Positions 38,590-49,294 of a DNA stretch of 64,000 bases are shown here, piece after piece. Under the pieces are notes generated by a model. That model was not told where the DNA came from. It saw only the letters and a list, made by a program, of their open reading frames with translations, and did no database searches. Within the stretch, counting starts at the first letter, position 1. Every line of letters begins with the position of its first letter. The stretch comes from Bacillota bacterium (lineage in GTDB: Bacteria > Bacillota > Sulfobacillia > Fermentithermobacillales > Fermentithermobacillaceae). The position numbers and the translations under genes were made by a program. The stretch spans positions 18,793 through 82,792 of the forward strand of contig JAXGQX010000005.1 in assembly GCA_040766225.1 (NCBI GenBank), in the 5' to 3' direction.

Positions 38590-40977
38590 TTATGACGGTT
38601 TGATCTCCTTGGTCGTATATGCCTCGATGATGTCACCCTGCTTCAGGTCCTGGTAACGTTCCAGTCCAATGCCGCATTCATAACCTTGCGACACCTCTGT
38701 GACGTCGTCTTTGAACCTGCGTAACGACGACATCTTACCCTCGTACACGACCACGCCATCCCTCAGGAGCCGGACATCAGCCTGCCTGGACACCTTTCCG
38801 TTGGTCACGTAGCAACCCGCTACTGTGCCCACCCTAGGGACGTGGAACGTTTGTCGGACTTCCGCCCTGCCGAGGATGACTTCCTCAATCTTGGGCTTCA
38901 CGAGCCCCTTCAACATGGCGTCGATATCGTCCAAGAGATCATAAATGACTCGATAAGTGCGGATCTCTATCTGCTCAGAGTCCGCTAGAGCACGAACTGC
39001 CGTGTCCGGCCTCACGTTAAACCCAAGGATCGTGGCGTCGGAGGCCTTGGCAAGGATAACGTCGGAAGTAATGATGCCGCCGACTCCTGAGTGGATGACC
39101 TTTAGTTCGACCTCGCCGCCCTTGATCTTGCCGAGCGCTTGCAGGATAGCTTCCAAAGACCCCTGCACGTCGGCCTTCACGATGACTTCCATGTCCCGCT
39201 TTTCCTCTTGGTCGCCTTTCTTAAGAAGGTCTTCCAAGGTCATGCGGCTGACGGGGTTCATCTCCTGTTCCCGCTTTTCGATCTGCCGGCGTTCGGTAAC
39301 CTCCTTGGCGATCTTTTCGTCTTGCACCACCACGAAAAGGTCACCTGCTTGAGGAAGCGACTCCATCCCTATAATTTCCACCGGAATGGCCGGGTTGGCT
39401 TTCTTCACCGTACGCCCTCGCCCATCGTACATGGCGCGGATGCGCCCCCAGGTAGTATCGGTGATGAGCACATCTCCAACTCTGAGCGACCCGGACTTGA
39501 TGAGTGCCGTGGCTACAGGCCCGCGGCCTTTATCCATCAGAGACTCGATGATGTAACCGCGTCCCGCGCGCGTGGGATCTGTCTTGATTTCCTGCATCTC
39601 CGCGACCAAGTTGATCATCTCGAACAGGTCGTCGATCCCTTCGCCGGTCTTGGCGGAAACGGGCACGACCACTGTGTCGCCGCCCCAGTCTTCCGGAACC
39701 CGTCCGGCATCTGACAACTGCTGCTTCACGCGGTCGGGTTTGGCGCCCGGTTTGTCCATTTTGTTGAGGGCAACCACGATGGGCACGCCCGCCGCTTTGG
39801 CGTGGTTAATCGCCTCAATGGTTTGTGGCATGACGCCGTCGTCGGCGGCCACCACGAGAACGGCCACGTCGGTCACTCTAGCTCCTCGGGCACGCATGGC
39901 GGTAAAAGCCTCGTGGCCGGGGGTATCCAAGAAAATCAGCCTCACGCCTTGTCTCTCGACTACTGAAGCGCCTATATGCTGTGTGATGCCGCCGGCTTCT
40001 TTTGCCGCGACGGCTGTATGCCTGATAGTGTCCAGTAGAGACGTCTTGCCGTGGTCCACGTGGCCCATGACGGTCACGATGGGGGGCCTCGCGACCAGAG
40101 CATCCGGGTCATCGGGACGCTCCAGCTCATCTATAATGATCTGCTCTTGGCTCTTCTCGGGCTCCTTAACCGTCACTACGCAGCCCAACTTCTCGGCCAC
40201 TTTTTCGGCTATCTCCGGAGGAACGCTCTGGTTAATGCTAATTAGGGTCCCCAAGGACATTAGAGTCCGCAAAATGGTGCCTACGGGGACGCCCACCAAA
40301 GGTGCCAATTCCCTAACCGGAATCGGGCCCTGGATCGTCACCCTGCGAGCTCCGGTAACCGCGCTGCGGTCAGGCTTTGCCGGTCTGGAGTCCCTCCGCT
40401 GGAACCTGGAATCGAACCCCCGAGGTCCTGAACGCGGTGGAAACTGACGTCCGCCTTGGGAGCTTCGGCCGGGTCCCCCTTGGCTTGGGTAGCCTCCGGT
40501 CCGTCCTTGTGGAGCGTTCTGCCTCTGGGTCGACCCGGCCTTCTGAGGGGCCGGACCCCTGGAAGGAGCAACTCCGCCTCGAGGGGCGCTTCTTGTCTGC
40601 TGTTGTCTTGCATCTGTTCTGACCTGAGGCGGTCTTTGTTCATCCCTGGGTGGTATCGTGTTCGGCCCGGTGGCGGGCTGTGCCGGCCTGGGTCTTGCCG
40701 GGGGAATCGGCACTGCCCTCTGTGACGAGGCAGGTCTTCCCTGACTCGCGGGTGTGGCAGGCCCGGTTTCCGAGCGAGGCTTGACGCTTGCAGCGGCCGG
40801 GGCCTCTTCTTTGGGTTTCGGGCCGTACTTGGCCCTTATGGCTGAAAGCGCAGCAGGCTCCAGAGCGGCCATGTGGTTTTTTACCGGCATGCCCAGTTCA
40901 CTTAGAGTCGTAATTATGGCCTTGGAGTCTACTCCTAAGTCCTTTGCGATCTCATAGACACGGATGCGGTTCGCCAT
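38590..40977 (-). CDS. infB: Translation initiation factor IF-2
   Basis: [11 protein letters not shown]; [32 protein letters not shown]. Confidence 0.98.
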   Translation of the reverse strand: MANRIRVYEIAKDLGVDSKAIITTLSELGMPVKNHMAALEPAALSAIRAKYGPKPKEEAPAAASVKPRSETGPATPASQGRPASSQRAVPIPPARPRPAQPATGPNTIPPRDEQRPPQVRTDARQQQTRSAPRGGVAPSRGPAPQKAGSTQRQNAPQGRTGGYPSQGGPGRSSQGGRQFPPRSGPRGFDSRFQRRDSRPAKPDRSAVTGARRVTIQGPIPVRELAPLVGVPVGTILRTLMSLGTLISINQSVPPEIAEKVAEKLGCVVTVKEPEKSQEQIIIDELERPDDPDALVARPPIVTVMGHVDHGKTSLLDTIRHTAVAAKEAGGITQHIGASVVERQGVRLIFLDTPGHEAFTAMRARGARVTDVAVLVVAADDGVMPQTIEAINHAKAAGVPIVVALNKMDKPGAKPDRVKQQLSDAGRVPEDWGGDTVVVPVSAKTGEGIDDLFEMINLVAEMQEIKTDPTRAGRGYIIESLMDKGRGPVATALIKSGSLRVGDVLITDTTWGRIRAMYDGRGRTVKKANPAIPVEIIGMESLPQAGDLFVVVQDEKIAKEVTERRQIEKREQEMNPVSRMTLEDLLKKGDQEEKRDMEVIVKADVQGSLEAILQALGKIKGGEVELKVIHSGVGGIITSDVILAKASDATILGFNVRPDTAVRALADSEQIEIRTYRVIYDLLDDIDAMLKGLVKPKIEEVILGRAEVRQTFHVPRVGTVAGCYVTNGKVSRQADVRLLRDGVVVYEGKMSSLRRFKDDVTEVSQGYECGIGLERYQDLKQGDIIEAYTTKEIKPS

Positions 40978-40984
40978 CCGGGGA

Positions 40985-41266
40985 TCACCTCCTTACGTCC
41001 GCTGATAGATTTTCGATCTCGTTTCTTAACTCGTCATAAATGGAAGGAGGCGGGAGAACCTCCAGAACCCTCTCCAAACGTTTGGACTTCCTCAAGAGCA
41101 GAACGCACTCAAGGTTTGGACAAACGTAAGCGCCTCTGCCGGACTTCTTTCCCGTCGGATCAACTTCGACCGTACCCGAGGGAGTACGGATAATTCGGAT
41201 CATCTCCCTCTTGGGTCTCACCACTTGGCAACCCAAACAGGTCCTTTGAGGCAGTTTTCTGGGCAT
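40985..41266 (-). CDS. ylxR: YlxR/RnpM family RNA-binding protein
   Basis: PQRTCLGC...DPTGKKSGRGAYVC. Confidence 0.93.
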   Translation of the reverse strand: MPRKLPQRTCLGCQVVRPKREMIRIIRTPSGTVEVDPTGKKSGRGAYVCPNLECVLLLRKSKRLERVLEVLPPPSIYDELRNEIENLSADVRR

Positions 41267-41316
41267 GCTCCCACCTCCTTCGGTTGTTTACATGCTTTCG
41301 CGGTGCCCCCTCTTCA

Positions 41317-42354
41317 CTACGCGTGGGCGCTGCCTTCGGCTTTGATGTCCACCTTTAGCCCGGTGAGTTTGGCGGCCAGTCTCGCATTTTGCCCATCGCG
41401 CCCGATGGCCAACGAAAGCTGGTGGTCAGGCACAGTCACGCGTGCGACGCGTTCTTCGGGGATTACCTCCACACGAGTGACTTTTGCCGGGTTTAGGGCA
41501 TTAGCTACAAAAACCCTGGGATCCTCATCCCACTCGATGATGTCGATCCGCTCGCCCCGAAGCTCCTGAACAATTGCCTGAACCCTGCTCCCTCGAGTTC
41601 CGACACACGCGCCCAACGCATCTACTTCGGGCAAGTTCGCTTTAACCGATACTTTAGACCTGGCGCCCGCCTCCCGGGCAATCCCCCGGATCTCGACTAC
41701 TCCGTCCCTGATCTCGGGGACCTCCAGTTCAAAAAGCCTCTTCAAAAGCCCGGGATGAGTCCTAGACAACAGGATCTGAGGTCCCTTGGGGGTCTTTCGG
41801 ACCTCCAACACGTAGGCTTTGAGACGGTCCCGTTCCTGATACTTCTCGCCTCTGACTTGCTCTTGGGGAAGGACATAGCCTTCCACCCCGCCCAATTCAA
41901 CGATGACTACGCCTCGCTCGACGCGAACGATCTGGCCCGTAACAACGTCGCCCTCTCTCTCGGCGAACTTGTCGTAGACCATCTGACGCTCTTTTTCACG
42001 GAGCTTCTGCATGACTACTTGCTTTGCGGTTTGAGTAGCGATACGTCCGAATCCCCTAGCGGGAATCTCGTGCTCGATGACATCGCCGACCTTGTGTGAA
42101 GGGTTCAGCCGCAGGGCCTCTTCCAGGGCGATCTCGCGCTTGGGGTCACTCACCGTCTCGACGACCTCGCGCCGCGAGAAGACACGGGGAGACCCGGAAC
42201 CCCGGTCGAACTGCACTCGGACGTTCTCCGCTGTACCATAATGTTTACGGTAGGCAGAGAGCATGGCCGCTTCCACAGCCTCAATAAGATCCTCTACAGC
42301 AATACCACGTTCGCGCTCAAGTTGGTTCAAGATCATTGGGATCTCGCCGCTCAT
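41317..42354 (-). CDS. nusA: Transcription termination factor NusA
   Basis: FGRIATQTAKQV, LFELEVPEI, AREAGARSK, AIGRDGQNARLAAKLTG. Confidence 0.97.
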   Translation of the reverse strand: MSGEIPMILNQLERERGIAVEDLIEAVEAAMLSAYRKHYGTAENVRVQFDRGSGSPRVFSRREVVETVSDPKREIALEEALRLNPSHKVGDVIEHEIPARGFGRIATQTAKQVVMQKLREKERQMVYDKFAEREGDVVTGQIVRVERGVVIVELGGVEGYVLPQEQVRGEKYQERDRLKAYVLEVRKTPKGPQILLSRTHPGLLKRLFELEVPEIRDGVVEIRGIAREAGARSKVSVKANLPEVDALGACVGTRGSRVQAIVQELRGERIDIIEWDEDPRVFVANALNPAKVTRVEVIPEERVARVTVPDHQLSLAIGRDGQNARLAAKLTGLKVDIKAEGSAHA

Positions 42355-42369
42355 TCCTCCGCCCCCTTC

Positions 42370-42857
42370 CTACTGCGCTTTCGGTTGATACACCAAGCGC
42401 ACGCTTCCGACGCTCTTTCTGTCAAAAGTGAGCGTCTCTTTACCGTTATCTATGGTTACTTGTTCGGGACTGTCGCCTTCTCCGCCCGTAAGGCCGACAG
42501 CTTACCTTCAAAGACTTTCTTTCCTTTTTCCGCCCTAAAGAGCGTCACCGCGACTTGGCGCCCTCTGAAAACCTCGAACTCCTTGGGCCTCCGTAAGGTT
42601 CGCTCAAGTCCAGGTGATGACACCTCGAGAGTGTAGGATCCTGCAATGGGATCATCCCTGTCCAAGGCATCGCTCAAAACCCTCTGAACAGTCGCGCAGA
42701 GGTCCAAGGACACTCCGTCGGGATGGAAAATGGCGACTCGTAAGTAGGAAACCTTGTTCTCCGACGTCAAATCCACATCCAAAAGTTCTGCGCCCTCTGC
42801 TTTCACCAGAGGGACAAAATCCGCGTAGAGCTTATCTTCGATCTCTTTGCGCCTCAC
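42370..42857 (-). CDS. rimP: Ribosome maturation factor RimP (frameshift near 42465)
   Basis: YTLEVSSPGLERTL; the C-terminal VTIDNGKETLTFDRKSVGSVRLVY continues in another frame to TAG 42370. Confidence 0.92.
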
Positions 42858-42877
42858 CTAGATCACCCCGATAACAC

Positions 42878-42908
42878 ACAAAAAGTGGGTTCACCAAAAC
42901 CCACTCCG
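42878..42908 (-). promoter_or_regulatory. rimP-nusA leader attenuator hairpin
   Basis: Minus strand GAGTGGGTT..AACCCACTTTTT just upstream of rimP, as in the Firmicutes ylxS/rimP leader terminator. Confidence 0.7.
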
Positions 42909-43084
42909 ACGACTTCCTCTCGATAGTTGCTACCATTGGATCCTACGGAATCCAGTATAGCACAGGGATGAGATTGCCCGCAAATCGGGAGACCCCCTCC
43001 GCAAACGTCTACGGTGACAGCTAGATCTCACCCCTGTTGGGGAACAACTAACGCAAACCACACAAGGAGGTGTCCGTCCCGTAG

Positions 43085-43879
43085 ATGGCTACACGGACAG
43101 GAACCGCGAAGTTGGACTGCAGCATATTTGAATTGAAGGACAAGGTTGCCTTGGTCACCGGCTGCTCAAGAGGGATCGGCAAAGCGCTTGCCCTTGGGCT
43201 TTCCGGGTTTGGGGCAAAGATAGTGGCCACAGGTGTGAGCGACAGGAACCAAGATACGGTTGACGAGATCAACTCCTCGGGAGGAAACGCCATCTTTGTC
43301 CGGTGCGACGTATCCAAAGCCGCTGATGCAAAGGACGCAGTGGAGAAGGCAGTTCAGGAATTCGGTTACGTTGATGTCCTAGTGAACAACGCCGGTGTCG
43401 GCGGCGTCAACCCTGCCGAAAATGTCACCGAAGAAGAGTGGGACCGCATCGTGGGCGTCAACCTACGCGGCTTGTTCTTCATGAGCCAAGCGGTAGCTAG
43501 GACTATGATCCAGCGGGAAAAGGGCGGAAGGATCATAAACATAGGCAGCATATTTGGGCGAGTGGGAAGCGAGATCGGAGCAAGCCCCTATCACGCTGCC
43601 AAAGGCGGGGTCCAGGTGCTCACCAGGGCGCTCGCCTGTGAGTGGGCAAAGTACGGGATACTGGTCAACGCCATATGCCCCGGGTTCATCAAGACTGAGA
43701 TGACCGCTTCCATCGAAGAGGCCCCCGCTTTATACAAGTTGCTTAGAGATAGGCACGCCTTGGGGCGTTTCGGAGAGCCATCCGAACTGGTGGGAGCCGT
43801 CGTATTCTTGGCGAGCGACGCCTCGTCTTTCATCACAGGACAAAACCTATATGTGGACGGAGGGTACACCGCTTGGTAG
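43085..43879 (+). CDS. SDR-family oxidoreductase (gluconate 5-dehydrogenase/KduD-like)
   Basis: TGCSRGIG, NNAG, YHAAK, NAICPG, VDGG motifs. Confidence 0.9.
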   Translation: MATRTGTAKLDCSIFELKDKVALVTGCSRGIGKALALGLSGFGAKIVATGVSDRNQDTVDEINSSGGNAIFVRCDVSKAADAKDAVEKAVQEFGYVDVLVNNAGVGGVNPAENVTEEEWDRIVGVNLRGLFFMSQAVARTMIQREKGGRIINIGSIFGRVGSEIGASPYHAAKGGVQVLTRALACEWAKYGILVNAICPGFIKTEMTASIEEAPALYKLLRDRHALGRFGEPSELVGAVVFLASDASSFITGQNLYVDGGYTAW

Positions 43880-44052
43880 GGATGCGGATTCGCCAAGTTG
43901 TGGCCTACTGAGATTGCAGCATCCCAGCCGGACTGATCGGTCTCTGAATGGGCCTGTGCGGTAGGATCACCGCGAGAGGTTGGCGAAATTAGGAAAAGCC
44001 CGCTAACGCGGGACGACTAGAACACAAGAACACATAAGAAGGAGGATAGCCC

Positions 44053-44241
44053 ATGCCCATAGTCCATATCGACGTCCTTGAAGGACGCACTGTCGAGCAG
44101 AAGAGAGAGATGGTTAAGGGAGTAACCGACGCTATCGTGAAGTCGCTAGAGGTCCCCCCGGAAGCGGTCTCCATCATCATCTACGACATGCCGCACCACG
44201 ACTTCGCTAAGGCCGGAGTGCTTCGCTCGGACCGAAAGTAA
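44053..44241 (+). CDS. 4-oxalocrotonate tautomerase family protein
   Basis: Pro-1 start PIVHIDVLEGRTVEQKREMVKGVTDAI; RBS AAGGAGG. Confidence 0.92.
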   Translation: MPIVHIDVLEGRTVEQKREMVKGVTDAIVKSLEVPPEAVSIIIYDMPHHDFAKAGVLRSDRK

Positions 44242-44396
44242 CGCCGAGTTGACGGTCGGTAGGCCGTGTGAAAGCGCGGCCTACCGCTCGCCCTTCTCCA
44301 GGGGCCATTAACGACCGGGCGATTCCTATTTGGGCTGACACATGCGACCCGCTCTGAATACAATCTAGAGATCCCCGCCGATAACTGATGAAGTGA

Positions 44397-45836
44397 GTGA
44401 TCTCTATGGGTCTTTTTCCCTCGTTTGCTGGCCATAGCCCTGCCGGTAGTCGAAACCTTCAGCGCGCCTCCCAAGACGGTCTCGGTGCCTCTGTTCGTAT
44501 GGGTAAACCAAGGCGAGGGCTACGTACGGAATTGCGCCTTGGACCTGTTTGGGCTCCGACGCGGATTGACCGTAGACACCCGGGTGTCCGCCCTTGGCAT
44601 GGACGGGGCCGAGGTACTGGATGTTCTTGACGGCCAGGACGAGGCCAACTGAGCTGCCTTGTGTCTTCTGGCGTGTACGCCGAGTTGAATTGGACATTTC
44701 AGCCCTGAAGGTCTCGCCTGGAAAGACCGGTTTGGCCCGGGTAACCGTTGAGGCTGTAATCGACGGTCGACCGGTCAGGACAAGTCTTCGGATCGCCTAC
44801 AGGGCGTCAGAACTCCCGAAACACGAGGGCTGGTACGGGGGAGACTGCCATACCCACTCCTCATGGAGTCCAGACGTGTGGCTCATCCCGCTCGGGCAGG
44901 GCGCGGTACTCTAAGGAAAACGGGTTCGGCTTCCTGGTTATGTCAGACCACTCCCGTGGAGTAACTAATTGGTCGGGGCCCGAGGGTTATGTGGCCCAGT
45001 GCAATCAAGCTCAGTATGAGTCCGGGATACCCATCCTCCCAGCGGTGGAAATCCAAGCCCAAGATGGCGGCCACTATCTGGCTTACTCGCTGAAACCCGA
45101 GTCTCCCCAGTATCCAGAGACGATCAATACTCTTGTCGGGATTCTGGTGAAGGCCGTCCTTCGCCACAACTATCCTCGCTCCTACGGGCTGATAGCCCAC
45201 CCGTTCGCGACCAGAAGCCCTTGGGGGCGATTGAGCGCCGCCGGCTTGCGGCGTCGAACTTATGAACCGCCGGCGTACCGTGGACCGGACGACTGTCGAA
45301 GCGTGGTTTGGACTCCTTAGGACCGGTCTCCCTCATACGATGGCTACGGGCGAGTTCTCGGTAGCCGTCGGCGGCTCCGACAGCCACAACCTTATGCAAC
45401 CAGGCTCGCGGCTTTACCTGGGCTTACGTCCCCGATTACAGTGGGCAAGACCGGACCAAGGTCTGGGAGGCCATACGCAGGGGGCGAACCAGTGTGTCGG
45501 GAGCCAAAGACCTGGCCTTCTTCACAGTTGACGGATAGCCCCAGGGAAGCGTCTTGAAAAAGCGGTCTGCCGAGTCCCTGGAGTTCCGTTTCCGCTACTT
45601 GCCGGTTACGGGCAGACGCTGCACCCAGCTCACTGTCTTGATAAGAACCTCCGTCCGGTCTTCGAAGTAGCGAGACCTCCCGGAAGCGAACTCCGGTGGA
45701 CCATGCCCCCGTCGAATCGCGAACCAGAGGAGGCCTCTATGTGGCTGCGTTCACCTTCAAAGAGGGGCGGAGTAACGTGTCTGAGGTTTGGACCAATCCT
45801 GTTTTTGTGTCGTCCATACCTAGTCAAATGCCGTAG
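44397..45836 (+). pseudogene. Exported PHP-fold (CehA/McbA-like) metallohydrolase split by several indels
   Basis: Fragments in successive frames: WYGGDCHTHSSWSPD, MSDH, AVEI..GHY, LIAHP, VGGSDSH, terminal WTNPVFV; probably intact in vivo. Confidence 0.7.
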
Positions 45837-45915
45837 GATAGCTCAGAGTTTGATGGACCACAGGCACGAAAGCGAGACCGCCGGCTAGGCGCTCGGCTCA
45901 GCCGGCAGCGATCAG

Positions 45916-46902
45916 CTAGCGCCCAGAAACTAGACCAGAGGTTTGGGCGGGTTCAAATACTTTGGTCAAGAACGCCCAGATCTCTTTGCGGGACTCTATG
46001 GACAGCCTGTTGTCCATCCGGTTGAAAACATGGCCGCCGGGTTCGTTCTCGTAGATCTTGTACTCGAAGTCCTTGCCTGCGGCCTTAAGGGCCTTAATCA
46101 GGTGTTCAACCTCAAGTACGTTCACGTCTTCATCATTGGTGTTGGTGTGAATCAGAAGCGGCGTTCGAGCTTCTCGGCGCCGGGCGGGTGATCGGCGTCT
46201 ATACTCCCATGGGTCTTCAGCAGCGGTCTTGCCAATGTGGTAAGGAGCCGCGAACAACTGATGATAGCCCTCTCCCTTGTAGCCCATGCGCGCCACCAAG
46301 TCGCTCACCGGAACGCCTGCATAGGCCACCTTGTACGAGTCGGGATGGTTGAAGATGTTCATGAGAGTGATGAGACCGCCGTGGCTCCATCCTAAAATGC
46401 CGACACGGTCCGGGTCCACCATTTCCTCACACTCAACCATGAAATTGCGGGCGCAGAAGACATCCTCGACCTCAAGTCCGCCGTAGTCGATGAACTTGTA
46501 GAACTGCTCGCCGTATCCCGTGCTTCCCCTATAGTCGGGGGCGATCACGATGTAGCCCTGCTTCACAAGTTCCCTTATGATGTGGGCCGAACCGGTGCTG
46601 AAGTTCGCGTGGACGCCTCCGTGCACGAAAACCAGCAAGGGGTACTTCTTGTCTGGCTCCGCGTCTTGCGGAGTAAAGGTGTACGCGTGGATCTTTAGGG
46701 GATTCCCTTTGTCCTGCGGGGACTGGGCAAACGGGTTCTTGGGCGGAGGCCCGGGAAACAGCACTTTGTCGACCACGGCCACTCCGGCCATTACGTTGTA
46801 CCAGTGGACATCGTCTATCGCCTTAGCTAACTGGGCAAACGCATGGCTCAAACCGGCTTGCTGCTTTTTTAGTTCCTCTAACTGTTTTGCGAAATCGTCC
46901 AT
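45916..46902 (-). CDS. S9-family (prolyl oligopeptidase-like) serine peptidase
   Basis: LLVFVHGG, PDYRGSTGYG, GWSHGG nucleophile, DEDV, GGH. Confidence 0.88.
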   Translation of the reverse strand: MDDFAKQLEELKKQQAGLSHAFAQLAKAIDDVHWYNVMAGVAVVDKVLFPGPPPKNPFAQSPQDKGNPLKIHAYTFTPQDAEPDKKYPLLVFVHGGVHANFSTGSAHIIRELVKQGYIVIAPDYRGSTGYGEQFYKFIDYGGLEVEDVFCARNFMVECEEMVDPDRVGILGWSHGGLITLMNIFNHPDSYKVAYAGVPVSDLVARMGYKGEGYHQLFAAPYHIGKTAAEDPWEYRRRSPARRREARTPLLIHTNTNDEDVNVLEVEHLIKALKAAGKDFEYKIYENEPGGHVFNRMDNRLSIESRKEIWAFLTKVFEPAQTSGLVSGR

Positions 46903-47025
46903 TAGAGTCTCCTCCTCCCTTTCGCGCCCTTTGGCTTTCTTCATCGCATAGGAAATATCCTTTGGGGGCCGATGAGGGGAAGACCGTATGTCTATGCTGG
47001 CTACCGGATAGTCACTCTAGACGTC

Positions 47026-47931
47026 CTAGGTCTCAAGGACCCGGGCTCCTTGAAGGTCAGGCCTTAGGTGCATAGCAGTCCAACCGCCGGGGAGCCTGGT
47101 CAACTCCCCGTTCATAGTGGCCGCAAAAGACGCCGCTTTCTCGTGACCTTCTATCAGGGCCATTAATGTGGGGCCCGCGCCGCTCACGTACTCGGCCAGA
47201 GAGCCAAGGCTCTTGGCGATGGTCAAGACCCGATGCGCTCCGCGGATGAGCTTGAGCCTATAAGGTTGATGAAGCCTATCCCCCGTGGCCGTCCTGAGAT
47301 TGGACAGTCCGCCCGACGCGAGGGACGCCACCAGCAGCGCCGCCCGACCGATGTTGTGGACGCAATCGGCTCGGGAGTGCCCCCTGGGCAACACTCTGCG
47401 GGCCTTCTTGGTGCTGAGACGAAAACCGGGGATTATGGCGACAAAGGCTAGAGACTCGGGAAGCGGCACCTTGGCGTATACAACCCTGCCCCCTTCTCGA
47501 ACCGAGACAGTCATTCCACCTACTATGGCGGGGACCACGTTGTCGGGGTGTCCTTCCATTTGAGTCGCGATCTCTATGACGTCATCTTGTGACAGAACGC
47601 CGTTCATTGCCCGGTTGGCCGCAAGCACTCCGGAAGCGATACACGCCGCACTGCTTCCCAGCCCTCTGGAGATCGGAATGCCGCGCTCCTGTCCGGTGAT
47701 CTTCAGCCCCCTCACGGAACGGCCGCAGATCTCCATGGTGCCCGCGAAACTTGTGTAGATCAGGTTCTTGGCAGGTGAGATCCCCTGTTTGGGCCGGTGG
47801 CCTTCGTAAACGAAAACGCCCTCTTCCATCTCTTCAAACCTGGTCTCGTTGTAGAGGTTCAAGGCCGTCCCCATTACGTCGAACCCCGGGCCCATATTGG
47901 CGGTGGTGCAGGGGACCCTTACCCTAATCAT
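47026..47931 (-). CDS. thrB: Homoserine kinase
   Basis: VPCTTANMGPGFDVMG, PISRGLGSSAA, EGHPDNV, DRLHQPYR, SGAGPT. Confidence 0.95.
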   Translation of the reverse strand: MIRVRVPCTTANMGPGFDVMGTALNLYNETRFEEMEEGVFVYEGHRPKQGISPAKNLIYTSFAGTMEICGRSVRGLKITGQERGIPISRGLGSSAACIASGVLAANRAMNGVLSQDDVIEIATQMEGHPDNVVPAIVGGMTVSVREGGRVVYAKVPLPESLAFVAIIPGFRLSTKKARRVLPRGHSRADCVHNIGRAALLVASLASGGLSNLRTATGDRLHQPYRLKLIRGAHRVLTIAKSLGSLAEYVSGAGPTLMALIEGHEKAASFAATMNGELTRLPGGWTAMHLRPDLQGARVLET

Positions 47932-49023
47932 TTTCCAAGCCCTCCAGGATTTTCGCTTCCAAGAGCTCTCGGTCCGCCGCCATCGTCTCAAGTGAACCGC
48001 CCAGACCTAACGCAACATCCGGATCCTTCAACCCGATGCCCGTCAGGACGCAGACAACTCTGCTTCCCGGAGCCACCTTGCCGGCGGCGTAAGCCCTTAG
48101 GAGCCCCGCCACCGATATGCAGGACGCCGGCTCAGCGAACACCCCTTCGGTGGATGCCAGTAAGCGATAGGCGTCGACTATTCCTTCGTCACTCACCATA
48201 TCAATCGAGCCCGGATTCCCTCCAGCGCGGCGGACGCCAACTTCCAACTGGCGGGGTTGCCTATCCCGATAGCTGTGGCTAGGGTCTCGGGGTTTGGCAC
48301 CACTTGGTTTCGGACTATCGGAGCTGCGCCTTCCGCCTGAAACCCGAGAAGCTTGGGCAGTCCGCCGGTCTTCCCCAGTTTCTTGTACTCCTTGAACCCT
48401 TTCCAGTAAGCCGAGATGTTCCCGGCGTTCCCGACCGGGATCGAAAGGAAGTCAGGACACTCGCCGAGATGGTCGCAAATCTCGAAAGCCGCCGTCTTCT
48501 GCCCTTCTAGGCGATAGGGGTTGACCGAGTTGACCAAAGTCACGGGCCGCCTTTCGGCGATGTCCCTGACAATGGCCAGGGCTTCGTCGAAGTTGCCGTT
48601 CACCGGTAGGATAGATGCGCCGTACACAATTGCTTGCGCAAGCTTCCCCATGGCTATCTTGTTATTGGGTATCACGACGAAGCACTTGATCCCGGCCTTC
48701 GCCGCGTATGCGGCGGCGGACGCCGACGTGTTCCCGGTGGAGGCGCATATGACGGCATGTGAACCGTCTTCCACCGCTTTCGTGACGGCCATCGTCATCC
48801 CCCGGTCTTTGAACGAACCAGTGGGATTTAGCCCGTCATACTTGAGGTATATCTGGAGGCCGGGCATGAGTTTCTCGAGCCCGTCGGCCCTGATCATCGG
48901 CGTGTTGCCTTCAAGCAACGTGATGACCTTGGTGTCATGGGTGACCGGCAGATGGGCTCTGTATTCCTCGATCAGGCCTCTCCAACCCGCGCGCTTCGAC
49001 ATACTCATCTTCTCCCTTGTCAC
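47924..49023 (-). CDS. thrC: Threonine synthase (frameshift near 48220)
   Basis: [40 protein letters not shown]; the C-terminal EGVFAEPAS...LTGIGLKDP is in another frame. Confidence 0.93.
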
Positions 49024-49214
49024 TTGTTCCTTGCCTTGTCCCTTGACGACTGAGGGCCGCTGACGCCGAACCTACGCATAGCGTGTTTCAATATGTAGCG
49101 TATTCCAAGCGGGTGTTTGCCACAAGGAGGCTACGGGGGAATTTCCCCACCCGACGCAGGTCAGGGTAAACAATCGCACAATTATGTGTCTTGTAACAAG
49201 CCACTCCACCGCTT

Positions 49215-49242
49215 TTGACACACAATGCCCACGTAGTATGAT
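49215..49242 (+). promoter_or_regulatory. Sigma-A promoter of hppA
   Basis: TTGACA, 16 nt, TATGAT upstream of RBS TAAGGAGG. Confidence 0.55.
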
Positions 49243-49294
49243 GGATGTTGGACTATGGGAGGAATCCCAACTCTTCACCTTAAGGAGGACAAGA

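Noticed and set aside
43888-43990. Possible structured ncRNA between the SDR and tautomerase genes (TTCGCCAA...TTGGCGAA pairing)
   Set aside because: Only a short long-range complement; no known riboswitch consensus was recognised.
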